NCBI GenBank assembly: GCA_003152105.1
Contig: PLZJ01000002.1
Location: 597,682 to 661,681, forward strand
DNA: 64,000 nucleotides
Reading direction: 5' to 3'
From: Candidatus Levyibacteriota bacterium
GTDB taxonomy: Bacteria > Patescibacteriota > Microgenomatia > Levybacterales > UBA12049
The notes beneath the pieces are model-generated. The model saw only the letters and a program-made list of their open reading frames with translations. It was not told the DNA's origin and did not search any database. Position 1 is the stretch's first letter. Each line of letters opens with the position of its first letter. Positions 29,848-39,292 of the stretch are shown piece after piece. Both the position numbers and the translations under genes were made by a program.

Positions 29848-30015
29848 TTATTTCCTCATTTTATCAGCAACTACGGCAATTACCATTATTAAAACGCCAA
29901 GCCACCATATCGTTAGAGCTGGAATTAAATAAGCGAGAAAGAGTCCAAGTCCTAAACCAAATAAGCTGTGCATGAAGACATGGCCAGTAAAGCAAGCTTT
30001 CATTTTACTATTCAT
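29848..30015 (-). CDS. small membrane protein (55 aa), not in ORF track
   Basis: ATG at 30015-30013 preceded by a strong SD GGAGGTGAT 7 nt upstream. Product MNSKMKACFTGHVFMHSLFGLGLGLFLAYLIPALTIWWLGVLIMVIAVVADKMRK is hydrophobic. Confidence 0.4.
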   Translation of the reverse strand: MNSKMKACFTGHVFMHSLFGLGLGLFLAYLIPALTIWWLGVLIMVIAVVADKMRK

Positions 30016-30127
30016 TGATTATCACCTCCTTTCATTTTTAGCATGACACGTACAGTTTATCTATGCAAGAGGTATTTGGATTCTAATACCCATGCGTATT
30101 TGCTTTCATTTTTGCTATAATACTTTT

Positions 30128-31498
30128 ATGAACGAAGATGCTAATTTATTAGATAAAGTTGTTGCACTTGCGAAGCGAAGAGGTTTTGCTTACCCTTCCT
30201 CAGAAATTTACGGCGGCCTTGCAAATTCATGGGATTTTGGTCCGTTAGGAACGCTTCTTAAAAATAATATTCGAGATGCATGGTGGAATGATTTTGTGCT
30301 TAAAAGAGATGATATGGTTGGTATTGATGCATCAATTTTTTTAAGTCCTGACGTGTGGAATGCATCAGGTCATGTGGCAGGGTTTACAGATGCGCTTATT
30401 GAATGTAAACAGTGCCATACTCGTACTAGAGCAGATCATCTAATTGAAGATGCTTTGCCAGATATTAAAGTTGAAGGTTTAGAAGTAGATGAGCTTGAAA
30501 AAATTATCAATGAGAAGGAAATTCATTGTCCGAATTGTGGCAAGTTTGATTGGACAACAATTAGAAAATTTAACTTATTATTTGAAACAAGTATTGGCAT
30601 TGTAGAAGAAAATAAATCAAAAGCATATTTGAGGGGTGAAATTGCACAAGGTATTTTTCTTAATTTTAAAAATGTATTAAATACTACTCGTGTTAAAATT
30701 CCTTTTGGTATAGCACAGCAAGGGAAAGCATTTAGAAACGAAATTACGATGGGACAATTTGTTCACAGGACGCTTGAGTTTGATTTAATGGAATTTGAAT
30801 ATTTTATACACCCTGATAATTGGGAAAAGGTGTATGCGTATTGGAAAGAAGAAATGATGCAATGGGCGCTGTCTCTTGGTGTAAAAAAAGAACATTTGCG
30901 ATGGAGAGAACATGAAGAACATGAAAGATCTCATTATTCGAAAAAAACAATGGATATTGAATATAAATATTCCTTTGGGTGGAAAGAAATTTTTGGTTTG
31001 GCATATAGAACGGACTTTGATTTAGCTAATCATTCAAAACATTCGGGCAAAGACTTGAAATATTCAGACCTACTCACGGGAGAAACATATATGCCACACG
31101 TTATTGAGCCAACATTTGGATTATCTCGATTAGTAGGTATAGTGCTCATGGATGCCTATAATGAAGAAGAAAACAGAACTGTTCTTAAGATTTCTCCGAA
31201 ACTTGCGCCTTATAAAGTTGCTGTATTTCCTCTGCTTTCAAATAAGGAAGAATTGGTAAGTAAAGCAAAAAGTGTGTACGAGCAAATAAGACAAGAATTT
31301 GTTAGTTATTATGATGATAGAGGCAATATTGGAAAGCGATATTTATATCAAGATGAAATAGGAACACCATATTGTGTGACAGTAGATTTCCAAACACTAG
31401 AAGATAATTGCGTTACGATAAGAGATAGAGATACGACACAACAAGAAAGAGTCCCAATTGATCAGCTAATAAATATAATCAAAAAGAAACTGCTATAG
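30128..31498 (+). CDS. glyQS: glycine--tRNA ligase, alpha2 (dimeric) type
   Basis: VVALAKRRGFAYPSSEIYGGLANSWDFGPLG and class II synthetase motifs. Start at ATG 30128, 6 nt after TATAAT 30116-30121. Confidence 0.85.
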   Translation: MNEDANLLDKVVALAKRRGFAYPSSEIYGGLANSWDFGPLGTLLKNNIRDAWWNDFVLKRDDMVGIDASIFLSPDVWNASGHVAGFTDALIECKQCHTRTRADHLIEDALPDIKVEGLEVDELEKIINEKEIHCPNCGKFDWTTIRKFNLLFETSIGIVEENKSKAYLRGEIAQGIFLNFKNVLNTTRVKIPFGIAQQGKAFRNEITMGQFVHRTLEFDLMEFEYFIHPDNWEKVYAYWKEEMMQWALSLGVKKEHLRWREHEEHERSHYSKKTMDIEYKYSFGWKEIFGLAYRTDFDLANHSKHSGKDLKYSDLLTGETYMPHVIEPTFGLSRLVGIVLMDAYNEEENRTVLKISPKLAPYKVAVFPLLSNKEELVSKAKSVYEQIRQEFVSYYDDRGNIGKRYLYQDEIGTPYCVTVDFQTLEDNCVTIRDRDTTQQERVPIDQLINIIKKKLL

Positions 31499-31540
31499 AT
31501 TCTTGACAAAGCATACCTCTATATGAGTATAATTTAGCCA

Positions 31541-32095
31541 GTGAATAAATTATTACAAGACAAGAAGCTTTTAGGATTAGTTGGCGTAGCAGTTGTCTTA
31601 ATTTTAGGAGGCGCATATTTTATTATCGCAAATGGAAAAGCGAAGCAAGAAGAATCTTCACCATCAGCGCAAATCGAAGTAATTCATAATCTTAATCCTT
31701 CAGATCTTGGGCTTTCAATAACACCTCATATTGGCAATAAATGTAGTACGACTCCAACACCGTATAATGAAGTAAAGTTTAGTATGGCAAAAACACAAGA
31801 TATTAAACATGTGTCATGGCAATTTACGTATAATGCAGACATTCCTGCAACTGAGCAGATTGCTGACAGTGGTAATGGTCAAGTTACTCAACAATTAGGA
31901 TCCGATGAAGGTCAGGATGTTAGTAGTGGGAAGCCATATGACTCACGATATGAGTTTTTAGGAACATGCTCAAAAAATGTGTGTCGATGTGATACGGGGG
32001 TCAAAGCAATTGATCTTGTATTAAAAATAACAAAGAATGACAATTCAGTTTATGAAGCGAAAGATTCTGTAGATCTAAGCACTTACACTCAATAA
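31541..32095 (+). CDS. hypothetical membrane-anchored / secreted protein
   Basis: GTG start 7 nt after TATAAT (31528-31533, with TTGACA at 31503-31508); N-terminal TM helix; Cys-containing C-terminal region; no recognisable domain. Confidence 0.4.
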   Translation: MNKLLQDKKLLGLVGVAVVLILGGAYFIIANGKAKQEESSPSAQIEVIHNLNPSDLGLSITPHIGNKCSTTPTPYNEVKFSMAKTQDIKHVSWQFTYNADIPATEQIADSGNGQVTQQLGSDEGQDVSSGKPYDSRYEFLGTCSKNVCRCDTGVKAIDLVLKITKNDNSVYEAKDSVDLSTYTQ

Positions 32096-32135
32096 TCTCC
32101 ACCCATTTTTCTAAAAAAAATCGAAATTCTACCTA

Positions 32136-32164
32136 TTGACACATTGTGAAATTTCTGTGAAAAT
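32136..32164 (+). promoter_or_regulatory. mraZ promoter TTGACA-17-(TGt)GAAAAT
   Basis: Consensus -35 at 32136-32141 and an extended but weak -10 at 32156-32164. Confidence 0.45.
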
Positions 32165-32170
32165 ACTATC

Positions 32171-32200
32171 ACGTGGTTTAAAGTGGTGAAAAGTGGTGAA
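32171..32200 (+). promoter_or_regulatory. MraZ operator-like direct repeats (3 x GTGGT at 10-bp spacing)
   Basis: acGTGGTtta / aaGTGGTgaa / aaGTGGTgaa lie immediately downstream of the -10 and upstream of mraZ, which has SD GGAG. Confidence 0.55.
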
Positions 32201-32220
32201 AACAAATAAACGGAGATATT

Positions 32221-32658
32221 ATGCTACTTGGGCAATACGAAGGAAGAATAGAGCAAAAACATAGAATTGCGTTTCCTAAGAAATTCAGACAATTTATCGG
32301 AAAAGAGCTGCTAATTACAAAGGGAATTGATCAACATTTATTAATACTATCTGCACATGATTCGAATACGTTACTTGAAGGAACGGAAGGTAAGCCATTT
32401 ACTGATAAATCAACTAGAGAAGTACAAAGATATTTATTTGGAAACGCAAGCTCAGTAAGTTTAGATTCGCAGGGGCGATTTCTTTTGCCTGATTATTTGC
32501 GTCAATACGCTAAATTAGAAAAAGAAGTCATGTTTGTTGGGGTTCGTTCATATATTGAAGTGTGGGATAAAAAACTTTGGGAAGCACATCAAAAAAACTT
32601 ATCAGAGCATATTGTAACAATTACTGAAACATTACAAGGGAGAAATGGAAACGAATAG
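32221..32658 (+). CDS. mraZ: transcriptional regulator MraZ
   Basis: First gene of the dcw cluster. 145 aa, duplicated MraZ half-domains (MLLGQYEGRIEQKHRIAFPKKFRQ... / ...GRFLLPDYLRQYAKLEKEVMFVG). Confidence 0.85.
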   Translation: MLLGQYEGRIEQKHRIAFPKKFRQFIGKELLITKGIDQHLLILSAHDSNTLLEGTEGKPFTDKSTREVQRYLFGNASSVSLDSQGRFLLPDYLRQYAKLEKEVMFVGVRSYIEVWDKKLWEAHQKNLSEHIVTITETLQGRNGNE

Positions 32659-33529
32659 GTACCACGAACCTGTCTTAAAACAAGAAGTGAATACGCTACT
32701 TGGTGTGGAAACAGGACAGGTTTATATAGACGCAACACTTGGAGGCGGAGGTCATACTAAAGAAATACTTGCAAAAGGCGGAAAAGTACTAGGAATCGAT
32801 CAAGACAATGATTCGGTGCAGTTTGTATCGAATGAGTTTAAACTTGATATTGAAAGAGGAAACTTGATCGTTTCACTAGGTAATTTTAGAAACATAAAAA
32901 CAATAGCACATTTACATGATTATTCAAGAGTTGATGGAATATTATTTGACTTAGGTGTCTCAAGTCATCAATTAGATGCAGGGGAAAAAGGACTGAGTTT
33001 TCAGAGAAATGCTGATCTTGATATGCGTTTAGATGAAGAGCTTGGAGTTAAAGCTTCTGATCTAATAAATGGATTAGGATTAAAAGAATTGACATTGTTG
33101 TTTACAAAATATGGAGAAGAACCATTCGCATATAAGATAGCAAAGAAAATTGTTGAAGTACGAAAAACTAGATCACTTGTAACAACATACGATTTATCAG
33201 ATCTTATCCTACACACCGTTCGAACAAAAGGACACATGCATCCTGCTACTCGAGTATTTCAAGCACTTCGAATTGCAGTAAATGATGAGTTAGTGAATTT
33301 GGAAAGAGCATTACCGGATGCCTTAAGTTTATTAAAGCCAAAAGGAAGATTGGTTGTTATTTCGTTTCATTCTCTTGAAGATCGAATTGTAAAACAAACA
33401 TTTGCTAAATTTAAAGAAAGAAAACTCGGAGAAATAATAACAAAAAAGCCTTTGCAAGCAACAGAAAAAGAAGTACTTACTAATATAAGAAGCAGAAGTG
33501 CAAAGCTTCGAGCTTTTGAGAAACTATGA
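32645..33529 (+). CDS. rsmH: 16S rRNA (cytosine1402-N4)-methyltransferase RsmH (MraW)
   Basis: YHEPVLKQEVNTLL...YIDATLGGGGHTKEIL. Confidence 0.85.
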   Translation: METNRYHEPVLKQEVNTLLGVETGQVYIDATLGGGGHTKEILAKGGKVLGIDQDNDSVQFVSNEFKLDIERGNLIVSLGNFRNIKTIAHLHDYSRVDGILFDLGVSSHQLDAGEKGLSFQRNADLDMRLDEELGVKASDLINGLGLKELTLLFTKYGEEPFAYKIAKKIVEVRKTRSLVTTYDLSDLILHTVRTKGHMHPATRVFQALRIAVNDELVNLERALPDALSLLKPKGRLVVISFHSLEDRIVKQTFAKFKERKLGEIITKKPLQATEKEVLTNIRSRSAKLRAFEKL

Positions 33530-33810
33530 AAAGACCAGTGCATTTATTACTATTTTTATTTATACTAATTATTGTGCTTGCTGTTTTGAAAATAGCGATA
33601 ACAAATACTATTGCAACAACCGGTATTACGCTTGGTCAAATGCAAAAACAAATAAGCGTACTTAATACTCAAAATTATATAATTGCTCAGAAATATTTAG
33701 CTGCAGCATCTCTTGTGACTATTTCTCAAAAAGCACAAAAGCTTGGATTTCAAAGTAATACCAATGATTATTTTGTAACGCAGGTAGAACAAACAGCTAC
33801 CACACAATGA
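33526..33810 (+). CDS. ftsL: cell division protein FtsL-like
   Basis: 94 aa, single N-terminal TM helix then coiled region; between rsmH and ftsI as in canonical dcw clusters. Confidence 0.45.
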   Translation: MKRPVHLLLFLFILIIVLAVLKIAITNTIATTGITLGQMQKQISVLNTQNYIIAQKYLAAASLVTISQKAQKLGFQSNTNDYFVTQVEQTATTQ

Positions 33811-35498
33811 ATTGGAGGTATAGATTTACATTAGGTACTCTTGTTATTCTGTTTTGTTTTGTAATTGTTAGATTATTATATTGGCAAGTAGTAAAAGCAG
33901 CAGAATTAACAACGCTTGGTAAGTCGCAATACGGTGCATTAATAACTGTTTCCCCTAAACGTGGCGAAATACTCGCAAATGACGGTTTTCCACTTGTCGC
34001 AAATAAAGTCTCTTATTTAGTATTTGCAAATCCAAAAGAAATTGAAAACAAAGATGAGATTTCAAAAATACTTGGAAACGATTTGCAAGTTGATCCAGCA
34101 TCTATTAGTGCTCAGTTATCCTTAAATCGATTTTGGGTACCACTGTATTATAACGCCGATTTTTCCATTAAAGCAAAAATCGATCAAGAAAAAGTAAACG
34201 GTATTGGTTATGAAGAACAATATTCTCGTTTTTACCCAGAAGCATCAATGGCTGCGCAATTAATTGGTTTTTTAGGTAAAGATGAACTTGGACAGGATAA
34301 AGGATATTTTGGATTAGAAGGGTATTATGACAGATTATTAAAAGGGAAAGCTGGACAATCAGTTGAAATACATGATGCGTTTGGCAGACCAATACTTGCA
34401 CAAGCAACAACGCAAACTGGTGTACAAAATGGTCAGACTATTAAACTTAGTATTGATCGTGCTATTCAATACGATGTAGAAAGTAAATTAAAAGACGGAG
34501 TTGAGAAATACGGTGCTAAACAAGGCATGGCAATTATTATGGATCCTAAGACAGGGAGTATTCTTGCAATGGCTGTCTACCCTAAATTTGATCCACAAAC
34601 ATTTTGGCAATATCCTCCTCAAACATACATTAACCCTATTATTTCGGATTTTTATGAGCCTGGTTCAACCTTTAAGTCAATAGTTATGGCCTCAGCAATT
34701 GATGCAGGCGTCGTCACTCCTGATACAAAATGTGATATTTGCTCTGGTCCTGTTTCACTTGGTGGCTTTGATATTAGAACGTGGGATAATAATTATTTTC
34801 CAAATACCTCAATGACAGATGTAATTATTCATTCAGATAATACTGGAATGGTTTTTGTGTCTAAAAAAATGGGTTTAAATAGATTATATTCTTATTTAAA
34901 TGCGTTTGGCATAGGTCATCAAACTGATATTGATTTACAAGGCGAAGCAGTGCCGGAGCTTAGATCTGTAGATCAATGGAGATCCATAGACGTTGCAACG
35001 GCAAGTTTTGGTCAAGGAATTGATGTTACCCCAATTGAGCTTTTGGAAGCCTTCTCTGCACTTGCAAATGGTGGCAAGCGAATGCAGCCTCATGTTGTTT
35101 CACAAATTCAGTCTGATGATGGAGAGGTAGTGACAATACCACCAAGAGAAATAAATCAACCAATTTCGGCTGAGACAGCACAAGTTATCACTGAAATTTT
35201 AGTTGATGCAGTTAATAAAGGAGAAGCGCAATTTGCAAGATTACATGGATATAGAATAGCGGGAAAAACAGGTACTGCTCAAATTCCAATTTCAGGACAC
35301 TATGATCCTAGTAAAACGGTTGCTTCTTTTATTGGTTTTGCCCCTGCTGATAACCCAAAATTCTCAATGCTTGTTATTTATGATGAGCCTTCAAGCTCAA
35401 TTTATGGTTCTGAAACAGCAGCACCAACTTTTTTTACAATTGCGAAAGATTTGTTAAATTACTACAATATTCCACCCTCAGTTCCAAATGACCCATAA
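33807..35498 (+). CDS. ftsI: penicillin-binding protein 2 / FtsI (peptidoglycan D,D-transpeptidase)
   Basis: N-terminal TM helix; STFK, HSDN and KTGT active-site motifs. Confidence 0.85.
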   Translation: MNWRYRFTLGTLVILFCFVIVRLLYWQVVKAAELTTLGKSQYGALITVSPKRGEILANDGFPLVANKVSYLVFANPKEIENKDEISKILGNDLQVDPASISAQLSLNRFWVPLYYNADFSIKAKIDQEKVNGIGYEEQYSRFYPEASMAAQLIGFLGKDELGQDKGYFGLEGYYDRLLKGKAGQSVEIHDAFGRPILAQATTQTGVQNGQTIKLSIDRAIQYDVESKLKDGVEKYGAKQGMAIIMDPKTGSILAMAVYPKFDPQTFWQYPPQTYINPIISDFYEPGSTFKSIVMASAIDAGVVTPDTKCDICSGPVSLGGFDIRTWDNNYFPNTSMTDVIIHSDNTGMVFVSKKMGLNRLYSYLNAFGIGHQTDIDLQGEAVPELRSVDQWRSIDVATASFGQGIDVTPIELLEAFSALANGGKRMQPHVVSQIQSDDGEVVTIPPREINQPISAETAQVITEILVDAVNKGEAQFARLHGYRIAGKTGTAQIPISGHYDPSKTVASFIGFAPADNPKFSMLVIYDEPSSSIYGSETAAPTFFTIAKDLLNYYNIPPSVPNDP

Positions 35499-35499
35499 T

Positions 35500-35829
35500 T
35501 TATCTAATAGAAGACCCGTTAGGAACAGAAGACGCGGGTATTAGAGGAATAGGTAATGATTCACCATCAACAGCAAGCATCATTCCTTGTGATTCCTCAT
35601 CCATCATTTTCCGTGTTTTTAAATTGAAGAGAAAAACGAGTTGTTTATGTAAAAAAAATGAAGGTTCATAGAGTGGGTATAGAGCAGTAAAAATTGTTCT
35701 TTTTTCAATACCGAAATCAACCGTTAATCGTATGAGTTTTTCAGAATTTTCCTTACGAATACTTTCAATTACCGTTCCAATCCTAATGTCTAGCTTTGCG
35801 AAGTCATCAATTGAAATTTCCTCTTTCAT
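35500..35829 (-). CDS. tRNA-binding domain protein (CsaA / Myf-type)
   Basis: KLDIRIGTVIES...KLIRLTVDFGIEKRTIFT...QGMMLAVDGE pattern of tRNA_bind OB-fold proteins. Confidence 0.6.
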   Translation of the reverse strand: MKEEISIDDFAKLDIRIGTVIESIRKENSEKLIRLTVDFGIEKRTIFTALYPLYEPSFFLHKQLVFLFNLKTRKMMDEESQGMMLAVDGESLPIPLIPASSVPNGSSIR

Positions 35830-36161
35830 ATAATCGTAATTATATCATTTATGGTAGTTTTTGATAATGTTATTGCTTTGTTTGGAAGTTCTATTACCTG
35901 CTTATATTTGGGATTCCACATAAAAATTCTATTTGGATGTAATGCTTTTTTAAGCACAACAACTTCATTTTTATTATTTAATATAATCACATCTATTGGG
36001 AATCGTAAACCAAATGTATGAATGCCAAAACGTGTTGTTAATACAATGGCTTTTGCCTTCTTCTGCCCTATGAGACCGACAGATTTTGCAAGCAGTGAAT
36101 ATGAATAAGAAGCATGTTTATTAAGAACAGTTTTTTTGCTTTTATTTTTAATTATCATCAA
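35826..36161 (-). CDS. DUF192 domain protein
   Basis: LTTRFGIHTFGLRFPIDVIILNNKNEVVVL resembles the DUF192 core (HTFWMxNTxIPLDIIFID). Confidence 0.5.
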   Translation of the reverse strand: MMIIKNKSKKTVLNKHASYSYSLLAKSVGLIGQKKAKAIVLTTRFGIHTFGLRFPIDVIILNNKNEVVVLKKALHPNRIFMWNPKYKQVIELPNKAITLSKTTINDIITII

Positions 36162-36163
36162 AA

Positions 36164-36607
36164 TTAGGATAGTGTTTCTTTATTAATTTTTTGCTTTAGC
36201 AGTTGTAGATCATAGTCTGTGACAATAGTTAGTCGTAATTTTTCAGCGTCTTCAATTGAAAACCATCCTATTTCTTTACATTTTTCTGGTTCTAAGATGC
36301 GAGGCGTCCCTTTTACGATCCTGCAAATATACGTTGGTGATACCCAATGTTGTTTTTCGTTTGGAATAATATGGTCACAAATACCAAGTAGTGTAATGAT
36401 TTTTATATCTACCCCATGTTCTTCTTTAATTTCGCGTTTTAACGCACGTTCAATAGTTTCTCCAAACTCCACAGTTCCTCCAGGAAGCTCCCATTTATTT
36501 TGCTCGTTTTTGGCTTTCTCTCCACGTAAAGTAAGAAAAATCTGTCCTTGTTCATTTAATATGGCAGCACCAACGCCTACTCCTATATAATCTTTGCCTA
36601 TTCGCAT
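36164..36607 (-). CDS. NUDIX hydrolase
   Basis: Nudix box GGTVEFGETIERALKREIKEEHGV; ATG preceded by TATAAT (36620-36615, minus strand) 7 nt upstream. Confidence 0.8.
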   Translation of the reverse strand: MRIGKDYIGVGVGAAILNEQGQIFLTLRGEKAKNEQNKWELPGGTVEFGETIERALKREIKEEHGVDIKIITLLGICDHIIPNEKQHWVSPTYICRIVKGTPRILEPEKCKEIGWFSIEDAEKLRLTIVTDYDLQLLKQKINKETLS

Positions 36608-36665
36608 AAAGTGTATTATATATCATTTGTAGAGAAAACGTAGGAAAAACGGTATAATACGTTGT

Positions 36666-37859
36666 ATGCAGAGAGTAAAAAATTACTACCATTTACTCCG
36701 GGCAATTGTTGCAAATTTATCTCATGGGTTTCCATCGAAAAAGTTAACGGTTATAGGCGTGACAGGTTCAGATGGCAAGACTACTACAACTTCTCTTATT
36801 TATCACATTTTAAATACTGCACAAAAAAAAGTGTCTATGGTTTCAACAGTTGGTGCGATAATAAATGGCACAACCTATGATGTTGGATTTCACGTTACTA
36901 ATCCAGCCCCATCACAACTACAAAAATTTATAAAAAAAGCATTAGTAAGTGGCAATGATACTGAAAAAAAATATATGGTCATTGAAGCGACATCTCATGG
37001 AATTGATCAATATAGAGTATGGGGAATTCCTTTTACAATTGGTGTAATAACAAATGTATCAGATGAGCATTTGGATTATCACAAAACCTACGAAAAATAT
37101 GTTACGACAAAAGCTAAGCTTCTCCTATCATCGAAACAAAGTATTATCAACAAAGACGATCGATCTTATTCATATATTAGTGCATTTTTAACCAAAAAAA
37201 AATACAAAGGTAACATTCTGACTTACGGACTTTCTGATGCTGATATAACGCCTGAGCTTTTTCCATTTAAAACGACACTTCTTGGAAACTATAATACGTA
37301 TAATGTACTTGCAGGAATAAGTACTTGCTTACAACTTGGTATTGAAAAAGAAACCATACTTTCAGCAATTGATTCGTTTCAAGCGCCTATTGGTAGAGCA
37401 CAAATTGTATATCAAAAAGACTTTCGTGTAATGATTGATTTTGCACATACGTCAAATTCATTTGAACAAATACTTTCTTCAGTTCGTCCACAAGTAAAAG
37501 GTAGAATTATCCATGTGTTCGGTAGTGCAGGAAAAAGAGATGTAGCAAAGCGAAAAGTTATGGGTGAAAATTCATCAAAGTATGCAGATGTTATTATTCT
37601 AACGGCTGAAGATCCTCGATCAGAAGATGTAAATCATATCATTGATCAAATTGCGCAAGGTATATCCAAAAAAAGAAAAATTGAAGTGCTTAAAATTCCT
37701 GATAGAACTAGGGCAATTACTACTGCAATTGCCATGGCAAAACGAAATGATATGGTTATCTGTACAGGAAAAGCGCATGAAAAATCTATGAATCTAGGAC
37801 ATGGTGAGGAGTCATGGGATGAGTTTGCGGTTGTCAAAAAAGCGCTCGAGCAACGCTAG
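36666..37859 (+). CDS. murE: UDP-N-acetylmuramoyl-L-alanyl-D-glutamate--2,6-diaminopimelate (or L-Lys) ligase MurE, short form lacking N-terminal domain
   Basis: VIGVTGSDGKTTTTSLIYHIL P-loop, DFAHTSNSFEQIL, TAEDPRSEDVNHII (TSDNPRxE-like, MurE-specific). TATAAT 36653-36658 lies 7 nt before the ATG. Confidence 0.7.
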   Translation: MQRVKNYYHLLRAIVANLSHGFPSKKLTVIGVTGSDGKTTTTSLIYHILNTAQKKVSMVSTVGAIINGTTYDVGFHVTNPAPSQLQKFIKKALVSGNDTEKKYMVIEATSHGIDQYRVWGIPFTIGVITNVSDEHLDYHKTYEKYVTTKAKLLLSSKQSIINKDDRSYSYISAFLTKKKYKGNILTYGLSDADITPELFPFKTTLLGNYNTYNVLAGISTCLQLGIEKETILSAIDSFQAPIGRAQIVYQKDFRVMIDFAHTSNSFEQILSSVRPQVKGRIIHVFGSAGKRDVAKRKVMGENSSKYADVIILTAEDPRSEDVNHIIDQIAQGISKKRKIEVLKIPDRTRAITTAIAMAKRNDMVICTGKAHEKSMNLGHGEESWDEFAVVKKALEQR

Positions 37860-37867
37860 AATAATAT

Positions 37868-39292
37868 ATGAATATATATAAACACATTCATTTTGTTGGC
37901 ATAAAAGGAGTTGGTATGACACCACTTGCCATTATTGCAAAAGAAAGTGGCGCTAAAGTTACTGGTTCTGATCTTGACCAGTCATTTATTACAGACGAAC
38001 CTTTAGCAAAAGCAGGCATCGAAATTTTTAACGGTTTTTTAAAAGATAATGTTATTGGTGCAAATCTAATCATTTTTACAGGAGCGCATGGTGGAGCGGA
38101 TAATATCGAAGTTATAGAAGGAAAGAAAATAGGTACTCCTGTTTTAACCCAAGGTCAAGCGGTAGGAGTATTTATGAAAGGGGATTTATTTAAAAGAAAA
38201 TTTAAAGGGATAGCAGTTTCGGGAACTCACGGCAAAACGACAACAACAGCGATTATTGCAACTATTTTGTCTCAAAACAAACTAGACCCGAGTTATATTA
38301 TTGGAACAAGCATGATTTCTTCATTGCCATTTCCTGGTCATTTTGGAAAAGGTGAATACTTTATTGCAGAAGCTGATGAGTATGTCTCAGACCCAAGACA
38401 TGATAAAACACCAAAGCTTTTATTGCAAAGCCCACAAATTGCAGTAATTGCAAATATTGAACTTGATCACACGGATATATATAGTTCAATTGATGAGATT
38501 AGAACGGTATTTTTACAGTTTGCAAATAAGTTGCCAAAAGAGGGGACTTTGGTAGCAAATTTTGATGATGAACAGACAAAGATGCTACTAAAAGAATATA
38601 CCGGAAACGTAATAACTTTTGGACAATCTGCGCAAAGTGATGTGGTAATTACAAGAATTACTCCTTCTTCTGAAAAAACTTTTTTTACACTCGAAAGAGG
38701 GGGTATATCGCTTGGAGACTTTTCTATTCCACTTTTTGGTACCCATAATATTTCAAATGCAACAGCAGCATATATTGTTGCAACAGAGGCTGGACTTTCA
38801 AGCGAGCAAATTAAACTAGCTTTGAGTACGTTTAAAGGAAGCAAAAGAAGACTTGAATATTTAGGAAATCTTCCAAGTGGCGCGAAGTGGTATGATGATT
38901 ACGCTCATCATCCAACTGAAATCCAAAAATCCTTAAAAGCATTAAAAGACGCTAATTCCTCGTCTCATATAGTTTGTATATTTCAACCTCATACCTATTC
39001 TCGAACAAAAGATCTTTTTACCAAATTTTCTACGTGTTTTTCTAAGGCTGACACGGTTATTTTTACTGAAATATTTCCTTCAGAACGAGAAGACATAGAC
39101 ACATCATTTTCTGCAAGTCATTTAGCTTCAGAGGTGAGAAAAACACATAAAAGTGTCATTTTCTTAAAATCAAGTGCTGATGTGGTAGAATATATATCCA
39201 AACAGGACTATAGTTATAGTACAATAGTCGTCACTATGGGTGCAGGAGATGTATATAAAATAGCAGAACAGTTTTCATTACATAAAACATGA
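37868..39292 (+). CDS. murC: UDP-N-acetylmuramate--L-alanine ligase MurC
   Basis: HIHFVGIKGVGMTPLAIIAKESGAKVTGSD N-terminus, GTHGKTTTTAIIATIL P-loop. Confidence 0.85.
   Translation: MNIYKHIHFVGIKGVGMTPLAIIAKESGAKVTGSDLDQSFITDEPLAKAGIEIFNGFLKDNVIGANLIIFTGAHGGADNIEVIEGKKIGTPVLTQGQAVGVFMKGDLFKRKFKGIAVSGTHGKTTTTAIIATILSQNKLDPSYIIGTSMISSLPFPGHFGKGEYFIAEADEYVSDPRHDKTPKLLLQSPQIAVIANIELDHTDIYSSIDEIRTVFLQFANKLPKEGTLVANFDDEQTKMLLKEYTGNVITFGQSAQSDVVITRITPSSEKTFFTLERGGISLGDFSIPLFGTHNISNATAAYIVATEAGLSSEQIKLALSTFKGSKRRLEYLGNLPSGAKWYDDYAHHPTEIQKSLKALKDANSSSHIVCIFQPHTYSRTKDLFTKFSTCFSKADTVIFTEIFPSEREDIDTSFSASHLASEVRKTHKSVIFLKSSADVVEYISKQDYSYSTIVVTMGAGDVYKIAEQFSLHKT

Noticed and set aside
32181-32200. Tandem duplication aagtggtgaa x2 considered as a simple slippage repeat or mini-satellite
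   Set aside because: With the upstream acgtggttta it forms three phased GTGGT repeats exactly between the mraZ promoter and mraZ. An MraZ operator explains it better than a neutral repeat (reported as a finding).
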